NCBI RefSeq assembly: GCF_004010195.1
Contig: NC_057711.1
Span: 83,618,465-83,682,464, forward strand
Length of the DNA stretch: 64,000 nucleotides
Direction of reading: 5' to 3'
Source of the DNA: Chiloscyllium plagiosum
Lineage: Eukaryota
This document shows positions 51,621 to 62,620 of the stretch, piece by piece; the stretch's first letter is position 1, and each line of letters opens with the position of its first letter. Made by a program: the position numbers and the translations under genes. The notes beneath the pieces were generated by a model that saw only the letters and a program-made list of their open reading frames with translations, was not told the DNA's origin and did no database searches.

Positions 51621-53018
51621 TCAGTCTGGAAGTCCGCAAAGTGCCTAAATGAAGGAGCTGTTCCCTGAAGCTTATATTGAGCCTCAGTGGAACAGCAAAG
51701 CAGGCCAAGATTGGAAATGTCAGAATGAGAATAAGGAATAACATTAAAATGAAAGGATATCAGTTTCAAGCATGTGGGCTGAGTGGAGGTTTTATACAAA
51801 GCAATTGCCCAATCTATGTTTGATCTCCCCACTGTAGAGGAGATCACATTCTGTGTAGTTAATACAGTAGACTGGATCAAAAGAAAAACACTACATCTAC
51901 CCGAATGTAAAGTTTGGGGCTTCGGTCAGTGAGGTAAGGAGATAAAAGGATGGTTATTAAATCTCCTGTTGATTGCATGGAAAGGTGCTATGGGAAGAAA
52001 CCTACATGATTACGGTGTCGGCGTTTGGTGGTGGCTAACTGAGACCCCTTTATACAACAAGGTTGATTTGAACACAAGCAATGCCAGGCTAGCTGATTCG
52101 ACAGCCCAGCATAAAGAAAGGGAATTTTTGAAAAATGTACATTTTGAGTGTGGAACTGGAAGGAGTATCTTTGTTCATCCAAGATCCACTGCAATGTTGG
52201 AAAACTTTTCTGACATGACTCAGCCTCCTCACTATTGTGTGCCCACACCGCCCAAGAGTCACCTGATGGGGATATCTGAGTTAACATCTCCCTCTTCAGG
52301 TTGCACAGCTGGTATCTGCAGTTCTCTTTTCTCGTGTAAACACAACTACCATGGTCTTACCGGGTCTGACACAGAGGTCATTCTGAGTGTCCTATTTGTG
52401 GCAGAAGGCCATTGACATTCTATCTCTTTCCAAAGTCATTCATGTCATATGTGCAGCTAAACTGAATCTGCACCTGACCTTGATGTAATTTTTCTGCCAT
52501 CATCCTTTTTAAGTGTGGAAATCTCCAGAGATTATATCCTTTATTGTTCTAACTGGAAAAGGTTCTTGTATTATAAAAAAAAGCTTCTTGTTAGCAGCTC
52601 ACAGGATATGCTGATAAAATAGACATGTTCCAGAGACTATGAGGGGGATCTGGATGTTAGATCTCACTTCTTTGAGATCCTGAACTTTTCTGTCCACCCC
52701 AAATCCATTTGAAATCATCATAGAAACACAGAAACTAGGAGCAGGAGTAGGCCATTCAGTCCTTTGAGCCTGCTACACTGTTTAATATGATCACAACTGA
52801 TCCCCTAACTCAGTACTATATTCAAGCTTTCTCCAACTACTCCTGGATGCCTTTAAAATCTAGAAATTTGTTTGTCTTTCTTGAATCTATTCAGTGACTT
52901 GGTCGCCACAGCCTTGCATGGTCGAGAATTCTGCAGTTTCCTTATCAGCTGAGTGAAAAGATATTTCCTCATCTCAGTCCTACATTGTGTACCTCATTTC
53001 CTGAGACCATGATTTAAT

Positions 53019-53319
53019 GAGATTAGATTAGATTAGTTACAGTGTGGAACCAGGCCCTTTGGCCCAACAAGTCCACACCGACCCGCCGAAGCGCAAACCA
53101 CCCAGACCCATTCCCCTACATTTACCCCTTCACCTAACATTACGGGCAATTTAGCCTGGCTAATTCATCTAACCTGCACATCTTTGGACTGTGGGAGGAA
53201 ACCGGAGCACCCGGAGGAAACCCACGTAGACACGGGGAGAATGTGCAAACTCCACACAGTCAGTCGCCTGTGACGGGAATTGAACCCGGGTCTCTGGCCC
53301 TGTGAGGCAGCAGTGCTAA
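53019..53319 (-). mobile_element. HE1-like SINE, slightly 5'-truncated
   Basis: Close match to 41764-42070; (GATTA)n tail. Confidence 0.92.
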
Positions 53320-53513
53320 TCCCAGTTCTTGACTCCCCAACTAAAAAAAAATTCCTCCCTTCATCTAGTCTCTCCAGCCCCATCAGAATTTTATATGCTT
53401 CAATCAAATTTCCTCTCATCCTTTCAAACTCCCTGAATACAGGCCCACTCAAACCAATCTGTCCTCATAGGACATTCCTGTCATTCCTGATTTCAGCCTG
53501 GTGAACCTCCACT

Positions 53514-54872
53514 TTTTTTTTATTTCAAAAATATACTTTATTCATAAATATTTAATCTATACAATTGGACATGTCATCATTCTGTAAACATTCCATTTCT
53601 TTGCGTATCGAAACAGGGTAATCATTCCTATTCACAGGTTAGTGCGATTACATTGAGCTGAGGCGCCAGCGGAGCCCAAATGACTGCGTGGACCCCCTGT
53701 TCTTCTTAGGCAGGCAGATGTTAGACGGTGGTCTTTCCCCACCGCGCCTTGGCGGCAGCTGCCCCAAGCTTCAGCGCGTCCCTCAACACGTAGTCCTGGA
53801 CCTTGGAATGTGCCAGTCTGCAACACTCAGTCGGGGTCAACTCCTTCAGCTGGAAGATCAACAGGTTTCGGACAACCCAGAGAGCGCCCTTCACCGAGTT
53901 GATGATCCTCCAGGCACAGTTGATGTTCGTCTCGGTGTGCGTCCCGGGGAACAGGCCGTAGAGCACGGAGTCCCACGTCACAGCACTACTTGGGACGAAC
54001 CTCGACAAACACCACTGCATTCCTCTCCAGACTTCCTCTGCATAGGCACATTCCAGAAGGAGGTGTGTGACAGTCTCGTCCCCCCCCCGCAGCCGCTTCG
54101 AGGGCAGCATGCGGTGCGGCTGAGAGTCCGGGCGTGCATAAAGGATCTCACAGGCAGAGCCCTTCTCACCACCAGCCAAGCCATGTCTTGGTGCTTGTTG
54201 GAAAGTTCTGGCGATGAGGCATCCTGCCAAATGGCTTTGACAGTCTGCTCAGCGAACCGCTCGACAGGATCCGCCCTCTCCTTTCCCCGAAGGGTCTCAA
54301 GGACACTACGTGCTGACCACTTCAGGATGGACTTGTGGTCAAAGGTGTTTCTCTTCATAAATTTCTCCACGAAGGACAGGCGATACGGAACGGTCCAACT
54401 ACTCGGAACGTTCCGCGGCAGCGAGGCCAGGCCCATACTTCGCAACACCAGGGACAGGTAGAACCTCAGTACGTAGTGACACTTGGTGCTTGCGTACCGG
54501 GGATCCACGCACAGCATAATGCAGCCACACACAAAGGTGGCCATCAGGGTGAGGGTGGCACTGGGTGTATTTTTTCACCCGTTGCCCAGATCTGTCCTGA
54601 CGGTGAAGGGGATGGAGGATTGGTCGGCCCAGTTCCCGAAGAGCATGGCTTCGCTCTTGCCTTGGTTTACCTTGGCCCCCGAGGCCCATTCGAACTGGTC
54701 ACAAATGCACATGAGTCTGTGCACGGACAGCGGATCCGAGCAGAAAACGGCGACGTCATCCATGTACAGGGAGACCTTAACCTGCAGACCCCCGCTGCCA
54801 GGAATAGTCACCCCTCTCAGGCTCGCATCCTTCCTGATGGACTCGGCAAATGGCTCTATGCAACACACAAAC
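53514..54872 (-). mobile_element. Young 5'-truncated Tx1/L1-clade retrotransposon
   Basis: RT motif SLYMDDV...ASGAKVN..KS; C-terminal CP..GC..ET..HLL.EC zinc finger; AATAAA plus poly(A); TSD GAACCTCCACT at 53503-53513 and 54873-54883. Confidence 0.93.
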
Positions 54873-55374
54873 GAACCTCCACTATACTCCTTTTTCAGCA
54901 AGTATATCCTTTTTAGACAAGGAGACTAAAACTGCAGGCAATTCTCTGGGTGTGATCTCACCAAGATCCTATTTAACTACAGTAAGACATCCCTTCTTCT
55001 GAACTCAAACCCTCTTCCAAAGAAGGCCAATATACCATTTACTTTCCTAAATAATACCAGTCCATTTTAACTGACTGGTGTACAAGAACATTCAGTTCCC
55101 TTTGTACATCCACACTTCCCAATATATCGCTATTTAAATAATATTCTTTCAGTCTGTTTTTCACACCAAACTGTATAACTTCACATATAACCACATTGTA
55201 CTGCTTCTGCCCATTTGTTTGCCCATTCAACTTGTCCAAATTACCCTGACGTCGTCATGTATCCTGCTCATGACTCACAATCTTGCCCAGATTTGTGTCA
55301 TCAGCAAATTCAGAAATATCGTATTTAGTTTCCTCATCCAGGTCATTTACATCCAACATGAATAGATTTAGATG

Positions 55375-55760
55375 TATTTAATTTAGTTTATTTAATATTG
55401 TCACTGGTACCTAGGTACAATGAAAAGTGTATGATGTTGCCATGCTCCAGCACCATCTTGGAATACTGAATAAAATGTATAAATCATAATAAATTGACGT
55501 TACTGAAACTGAAACAGCTTCAAATGTTTATCTCTCCCTCTCCATAGCCTTCGCCCTTTGTGCTCCTCCGATCACCGCTGACTAACATCGTGCCCGGATC
55601 CTAGCAATATGCTCCTTTTCTGCCACCATTGGCACCATCACTTTCGTGTCTGCTGCCTCTGGACTGGAAATGGTCCCGCTGCATGGGTCCTTCACCTCCT
55701 CCAATGCTGGACATCACATTTTTTCAGTACCATACTAGTCATGGCCTGCTACTTGAAGGA
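55375..55760 (-). mobile_element. L2-tailed non-autonomous element, degraded
   Basis: atattgtcactggtacc tail on the minus strand; interrupts CR1 sequence. Confidence 0.45.
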
Positions 55761-55764
55761 AGAT

Positions 55765-56300
55765 CCATTTATTCTTACTTTCTGTTTCCTGTCTGTCAAC
55801 CAATTTTTGATCCAAGCTTAATATATAATCCCACATCCTTTGGCTTTAACTTTGTCCAGTAATCACTTATGAAAGCATAAGCTCCCAACCAACACAAGTA
55901 AACATCATCCACCCAAAGCACATTATTCTCCCTCTTGTCCAAATGCAACACATCCTGCTTGTACCAGCCTCACTTTTCAAGAACTGGACATGATGTCCCA
56001 GAAATCTGAATCCCTTCCTTCTACACCGTTTCTTCAGCCAAGTATTCACCTGACATATTCTGTTATTTTTAATCTAGCTACAATGTCCAGTGTTATCAAT
56101 CCTAAGTTTACTACCTTTGAGGTCCTAATTTTTAATTTACGCCCTAACTCTCTATATTATGCTTGTAAGACTTCTGTATTTTAGCCTGTAACATTCGTAT
56201 CAATATGTACCACAACTATTGACTGTTCACCTTTCACCTTGTACACTGTCAGAGACATCCTTGACCTTGGCAATGTACCATCCTGGAGTCAGACACTTAA
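55765..56300 (-). mobile_element. CR1 fragments including an ORF1 esterase-like segment
   Basis: MNTWLKKRCRRKGFRFLGH resembles CR1 ORF1 (N.WL..WC...GF.F). Confidence 0.65.
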
Positions 56301-56384
56301 GACACTCCTCAGTATTAACCCTTTCAGACTCTTACAGATCTATAATGAACATAATTTATAAAGCTATTGTCCATTCTGAAATGC

Positions 56385-56915
56385 CCAGAGAAGGTGGTGG
56401 TGAGCCACTGTAGTCAATACGGTGTAGTTACACTCACAGTGATGTTAGAAAGAGAAGTCCAGGATTTTGATGCAGCAATATTGAAGAAATCATGTTTCAG
56501 TTTGGGCTAGCATTTGATTTGAAGGGAGGGGAATGTGCAAATGATAATGTTCCCTTGCATCTGCTGTCGTTATCCTGCTGGATGGTTTGGAAGATGCTGA
56601 CTCTTAGTGAGTTGTTGCAATGTATCATGTAGGTGGTACATAATTCTGTTACTTTCCTTCAGCAGTGGAGGGAATGAATATTAAATTACCAATTGACCAG
56701 GTACCACTCAAATGGGATGTTTTGTTCTGGATGGTGTCACATTTTTTTTTAGTGTTGTTGGCACTGCACCCATTTACGCAAGTTGGGAGTATTCCATCAC
56801 ATTCTTGACTTATGCCTTATAGATGGTGGACAGGCCTTTAGTAATCAAGAGGTGAGCTACTCACCATAGAATTTACAGCCTTTGATCTGCACTTGTACCC
56901 ATAGTATTTGTACGG
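56385..56915 (-). mobile_element. CR1-clade LINE (second family) 3' fragment
   Basis: Reverse complement of 43890-44425-type sequence. Confidence 0.72.
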
Positions 56916-56944
56916 CTTTTTCACTTCAGATCTAAACCATAATA

Positions 56945-57075
56945 AAAGAAAAATACTGTGAATGTTGGAAATATAAATGTAAAAAACTGAAAATACTGGA
57001 GAAATTCGTCAAGTCTGACACCATTTGTGGAGAGACAAGCAAAGTTAACATTTTGAGTCTGATATGACTCACCTT
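56945..57075 (-). mobile_element. Old Penelope terminal-repeat fragment
   Basis: aatactgtgaatgttggaaat...gttaacattttgagtctgatatgactc, with a GAGTC/GACTC stem. Confidence 0.6.
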
Positions 57076-57086
57076 AGAATTTTGAA

Positions 57087-57535
57087 TCGGAGATGCCGGT
57101 GTTGGACTGGAGTGTACAAAGTTAAAAATCACACAACACCAGGTTATAGTCCAACAGGTTTAATTGGATGCACACTAGCTTTTGGAGCGACGCTCCTTCA
57201 TCAGGTGATTATGGAGGGCTCGATTGTAACACAGAATTTATAGCAAAAATTTGCAGTGTGATGTAACTGAAATTATACATTGAAGAATTGATTGTCTGTT
57301 AAGCCTTTCATCTGTTAGAATACAATGATAGTTTCACTTCTTTCATGTGTAAATCACAAAACCTTTTTTTTTAAATTGCATTCTCGGGTTAGAAGTTAAC
57401 AATGGTGATAGCTAGACAATATGTTGAAGGTGTTAGCCCCCTGTGTTCTCTGTCTATGACCTGATGTTTAGATTGATTCCAATCTAAAAAGTGAGATAAC
57501 AGAGTTTTACATAAATTCACGCAGTTTTTGAGCTC
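57087..57535 (-). mobile_element. Penelope-like terminal insertion
   Basis: TSD AGAATTTTGAA at 57076-57086 and 57536-57546; minus-strand core CTGATGA-A-GGAGC-GTC-GCTCC-AAAAG. Confidence 0.82.
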
Positions 57536-57559
57536 AGAATTTTGAAGGTTTTGAGGTCA

Positions 57560-58140
57560 AGAAATAATTTTTGATTATGAAGTATGTTTAGGCTTTCTGA
57601 TATTTGACATCACTTGTATTGGAGAGCTGCTTGTAGCAGACTTTTAATCTTAAGTGCTATGCCTTGTAGAGCACGTAGCTCACTGTGTTTCATTTTAAAA
57701 CCAGGAACACTTTCTAATAATAGATTAATATTAGCTGAGGTGTCTAACTTGAAATTTGAGAGATAACCATTGACAAAAATATGAGTTGTCTCTAAGATCT
57801 GGATCACCTATTTTCCCTGAGAATATCTTAATTTTTCTTCAGTTAAAGACTGTTCTGCTTCTTTAACCTCTTTGTGTGGATAAGCATTTAGCTTTTTTGT
57901 TTTTCATTGATTGTGTCCTTCAGCACATTTTTTAAAAGTGACCTATTACAAGATAGATTTGCTTTGGGCATTGTTTGTGCCTGTGAAGTTTCTTTGCTTT
58001 GCGGAAACAGGTACTAATGTAGGTCTTTCGTAAAAGCGAAATTGTGATAAGCGGGGAATAACTGTATCCCTATTAGGTGAAGCCATCAACCAAATTAATA
58101 ATGACCAAGTTAGTGCCTGTGACAATTTCACAGAGAGGAA
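57560..58140 (-). mobile_element. Gypsy-like gag-protease remnant
   Basis: IFVNGYLSNFKLDTSANINLL (aspartic-protease D-T-G-like motif), preceded by a Cys/His knuckle-like segment. Confidence 0.6.
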
Positions 58141-59262
58141 TGTCACAAATCACAATCATTGGTGCCGGAAGTCTGAAGGTTGGCTAATGTGGTGCCATTA
58201 TTTAAGAAAGGAGGTAAGGAAAAGCCAAGGAGCTATGGACCGGTGAGCCTGACACTGGTGGTGGGCACGTTGTTGGAGGGAATCCTGAGGGACGGGATTT
58301 ATGTTTATTTGAAAAGTCAAGGACTGATTAGGGGTAGTCAACATGGGTTTGTGCATGGGAAATCATGTTTCACGAACTTGATTGAGTTTTTTGAAGAGGT
58401 AACGAAGAGGGTTGATGAGGGCTGAGCAGTCGACATGTTCTATATGGACTTCAGTAAGGCATTCAACAAGGTAGATTAATTAGCAAGGTTAGATCACATG
58501 GAATATAGGAATAACTAGCCATTTGGAGGCTGAATTGTCTCAAAGGTAGGAGACAAAGAGTAGTGGTGGAGGGTTATTTTTCAGACTAGAGGCCTGTGAC
58601 AAGCAGTGTGCCACAAGAGTCAGTGCTGGGTCCAATACTTTTTGTCATTTATGTAAATGATTTGGACGTGAACATAGGAGGTATCATTTGTCAGTTTGCA
58701 GATGACACCAAAATTGGAGGTGGAGTGGACAGTGAAGAAGGTTACTTCAGAGTACAATGGGATCTTGATCAGATGGGCAAATGGGCTGAGGAGTGGCAGA
58801 TGGAGTTTTATTCAGATAAATGTCAGGTGCTGCATTTTGGAAAAGCAAATCAGAACAGGGCTTAAGGTCCTAGGGATTGTTGCTGAACAAAGAGACATTG
58901 GAGTGCAGATTCATAGTTCCTTGAAAGTGGAGTCACAGGTAGATAGGATAGTGAAGAAGGCATTTGGTATGTTTTCCTTTTTTGGTCAGCGCATTGAGTT
59001 TGGGGGTTGGGAGATGATGTTGGTGCTGTACAGGACATTGGTTAGGCCACTTTTGGAATATTGTGTGCAATTCTGGTCTCCTTCTTATTGGAAGGATGTT
59101 GTGAAACTTGAAAGAGTTCAGAAAAGATTTACAAGGATGTTGCCAGAGTTGGAGGATTTGAGCTTTAGGGAGAAGCTGAATAGGCTAGGGTTGTTTTCTC
59201 TGGTTGAAACTTTATTGCTGGAACAGCACAGCAGGTCAGGCAGCATCCAGGGAACAGGAGAT

Positions 59263-59292
59263 TCGACGTTTCGGGCACAGGCCCTTCTTCAG
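59263..59292 (-). ncRNA. Minimal hammerhead-ribozyme-like motif
   Basis: Minus strand: CTGAAGA-A-GGGC-CTGT-GCCC-GAAAC-GTCGA. Confidence 0.6.
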
Positions 59293-59567
59293 GAATGAGC
59301 AGAGAGTGTTCAGCAGGAGAAGATAAAAGGTAGGGAGGAGGGACTTGGAGGAGGGGCGTTGGAAATGTGATAGGTGGAAAGAGGTCAAGGTGAGGGTGAT
59401 AGGTCGGAGTAGGATGGAGGCGGAGAGGTCAACAAGAAGACTGCAGGTCAGGAAGGCGACGTGGTCGACGGTGCCCTCCACCGCATCTCCTCCACTTCCA
59501 ACTCCCCTCCTCCAAGTCCCTCCTCCCTACCTTTTATCTTCTCCTGCTGAACACTCTCTGCTCATTC

Positions 59568-59597
59568 CTGAAGAAGGGCATGTGCCCGAAACGTCGA
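59568..59597 (+). ncRNA. Minimal hammerhead-ribozyme-like motif
   Basis: CTGAAGA-A-GGGC-ATGT-GCCC-GAAAC-GTCGA. Confidence 0.6.
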
Positions 59598-62500
59598 ATC
59601 TTCTGTTCCCTAGATGCTGCCTGACCTGCTGTGCAGTTCCAGCAATAAAGTTTCAACCAGTTACTACAGGTGGGGGGTGTGGATCTGACAAGGGAGTCGC
59701 GGAGGGAGTGGTCTCTACGGAAAGCTGATAGGGGAGGGGAGGGAAATATATCCTTGGTGCTGGGGTCTGTTTGGAGGTGGCGGAAGTGACGGCGGATGAT
59801 CTGCAGCATCTGCAGACCTCACTTTCTCCTTGTTTTCTCTGGAGCTTTGGAGGCTAAGGGGTGACTTTATTGAGATTTTAAAATCATGAGGGACATGGAT
59901 AGCATAAATAGACAAGGTCTCTTCCCTGGGGTGGGGAAGTCCAGAACTAGAGGACATCAATTTAACGTGAGAGGGGAAAGATGCAAAAGGGACCTCAGTG
60001 GTACCTTTTTCACGCAGAGGGTGGTGCATGCATGGAATGAGCTGCCAGACGAAGTGGTGAAGGCTGGTACAATTGCAGCATTTAAAAGGCTTCTGGATGG
60101 GTATATGAATAGGAAGGGTTTGGAGGGATATGGGCCAAGTGCTGGCAGATGGGACTAGATTAGGTTGGGATAACTGGTCAGCAGAACATGTTGGACTGAA
60201 GGGTCTGTTTCTGTGCTGTACAACTTTATGACTCTTTGACTTTATAACATTGTCAGTAACCTCTATCACAAGTTGTCTGTATTTCTTACAAAAATGAAAA
60301 GAAATTAAACTTTGCTATATTTATTAAATTAACTATAAGAAGCAATCATGCCTTTTGAAACATTTAGAACAACAACAAAGCCATGAAAATAGCAATGTTC
60401 AAACACTAAAATTGTGACTTAAAAGCATTTGTAGTGGTTGCTAGGAGAATTTATGTCATCAAATAGCTCTTTGTATAATTAGTTTAAAATATATTGAATA
60501 AAATATGTAAAAAATAATGCCAAATGATCAAACAGAGAAAAGCTTTCCCAGTTCTTGCTTCCAGCAGTATTTTCACAAACATTGAAATACAAATAAGGGA
60601 ATGAAACAAATTGGCAAACTTGATCTGGATCATGCCATCAATTTGTTGAAAGCAAGGACTGTGTTTGTCAACAGGAATGCCTTGTAAGCAGACTTTTAAA
60701 TATACATGAGCTTGGCATATCGATCAGTACAGGCTTGTCCACTTAAGCGCAAGTTAGATAGGTAAAGTTCCATTTGAGAGAAAGTATGATAGTTTATGGA
60801 TTTTTTTTCCTGTTCATTTCTCAGGGCTTTTCGATTAATCATTTGACAGTGATGTGTGGCTACATTCACCTTTGTCTTTCTGAATGCCAGAATATACACA
60901 AGTTAGAAAATCATTCGGAGAGTAGGAAAAGGAAGAAAATCAAAATTCATTCAAATGCAGATATTCATTCAATACATGGAATAAGGTGCCCATTCAAAAG
61001 GTTATTTTTATGTTACATTCTCCAATCTATTGTTTCCAAACCTAAATGTTAATTTGAATAAGTAGGGGTTAACTTACTTCATCAAAATTATTATGACTGG
61101 AAAATTATCACAGTTCTTGGTGAACAATAAATACTTTAGGAGTGAACCTTGTCTCAGACAAAGCAAGCAATAACAACTCATCAGCTGGTTTATACCCTGG
61201 CTGTTTTCCATATCCAATTACTTTAACAGAAAAAACAACCACAATATCTGCAAAGAGAACTGCAGATTTACTATTGCTCATTTTGCACTCCTGCCTAAGA
61301 CCATCTTGCACATAATTGCACCATCAACCTGTCCACCCTCCCAGCCTTTGTACTTATCATTCTCTGAATCAATGAGATAAACCTTTTGCTGAACTGTCAA
61401 ATAAACTTCCTTTTTAATTTTTCTGACTATATGTGACAACACCAACAGATCCAAGCTATTTTGGCAGCTTGAGCATCACTCCTGTGGTCTCTGTTCGTTT
61501 GCTACTTCCAAAGGCCTTTAAATGTTAATGATAAAATAAAGTTATTGAGAGTTCAAACTCAATTAACCTTAACCAGTGAAAATGGTACTTAAGGAGTTTC
61601 GATAAATTTAATGGATTTGTCTTCACATTGAAGTCTATTTATACTATAACTGATGTGATTGAGAGTCAGTTAGCTGGGTCCATGTTCAGATTGTAATCGG
61701 ATTCCAAAGTGGTACTACCATACATTGTCCATCACTAATTGCTTGCTTGAAAAGCTGGTCTCAGCCATGGTTATTGAACTGCTGCAAGTTCTTATGGAGA
61801 AGGGTCATCTATATTGCTTTTAGTAGATGGAATCCTAGGTCTGTCATTAGGCATGGGAGTGAGAAACACTTCCACTGAGAGACAGATTCACAATCCTCAT
61901 GTGATCATGTAGTTCTCAGCTCATTTACATATTAACAAACAAGGAGACTGATTCATTTTATGGATCATGCAAGTAGCAAATTCTCTCTTGCTGTTAACTC
62001 TTGGGTTCACAGGTCTTGGCACAATATTTAAAGGGAACTTCTATATTCTCTGTAAGCCAGGAGTTTCCATTCAGCCTCAGTTTCTCCTGGAAAACCCACA
62101 CTTGAATACTTTTACCCAGGCATCACTGAAAGTAGCCCAATGGTTCAGTGATACCTTGTTTCAACAGAGGTAGTAGAAGTGGGAGGTTCACTTGCTTCAG
62201 GCTCATACATGCTTGATGTGATAGGTATGAACAAAAGCAAGGACTGATATTTTCAACATTTTATTTATAGCTTCTCCTCTGTCCCTACTTTGAACAACAG
62301 CAATAAACTTTCATTTCAAAAGCTAGAGCAGCTCCTGATCTTGCTGAGATCTCAATGTCATGAGCTCTCTCAGTCAAGGAGCAGAAACAATTCCCTATGA
62401 GCTTCTCCATGCAAAGGAGAATATACCTTCTGAGTTGTCCCCCTAATACATGGAAGCACTTTTATTTGACCCACGTAGCATGACAGTCACTCTTTCTACC

Positions 62501-62620
62501 TGCAAAATTCTCAGTTGACTGTTTGCCATTGGTGAGGAACTGCTACTGAGCTTGGGAAAGGTAAACTTCAGAAGAAGATTCATCAAATCCTACCCTCCCC
62601 AAATTATCCTTGATCATCCT

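Larger units (their letters stand above)
50530..52065 (-). mobile_element. Old Penelope-like element (GIY-YIG region plus terminal repeat) with two nested insertions
   Basis: Minus-strand HFN..PYSHSDISNLGLLCCSTEAQYKL resembles the PLE endonuclease C-terminus; terminal repeat at 50530-50640. Confidence 0.65.
52718..55360 (-). mobile_element. Old CR1 3' fragment split by a SINE and a Tx1 insertion
   Basis: catagaaacacagaaactaggagcaggagtaggccatt tail; the LINE resumes at 53321 and 54884; CEVIQFGVKN...QRELNVLVHQS at 55039-55239. Confidence 0.8.
59204..59829. mobile_element. Rearranged fold-back Penelope insertion with an ORF fragment
   Basis: 13-bp TSD TTGTTTTCTCTGG at 59191-59203 and 59830-59842; about 155-bp inverted arms at 59200-59356 and 59504-59660; minus-strand QIIRRHFRHLQTDPSTKDIFPSPPLSAFRRDHSLRDSLVRS is a PLE RT C-terminal segment. 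Confidence 0.9.
58155..60237 (+). mobile_element. CR1/HER1-like LINE 3' region interrupted by a Penelope insertion
   Basis: ANVVPLFKKG...SQHGF...FADDTK...RPLLEYCVQFWSP...LGLFSL, then after the insertion ...FFTQRVV..WNELP; ATGACTCT tail. Confidence 0.94.

Noticed and set aside
53688..54461. 257-aa plus-strand ORF and other overlapping long ORFs
   Set aside because: Antisense shadow frames of the GC-rich Tx1 coding sequence.
61078..61247. Minus-strand segment between TCTCTTTGCAG and GAA|GTAAGT
   Set aside because: No recognisable peptide, and splice-like signals at this level are expected by chance in 64 kb.
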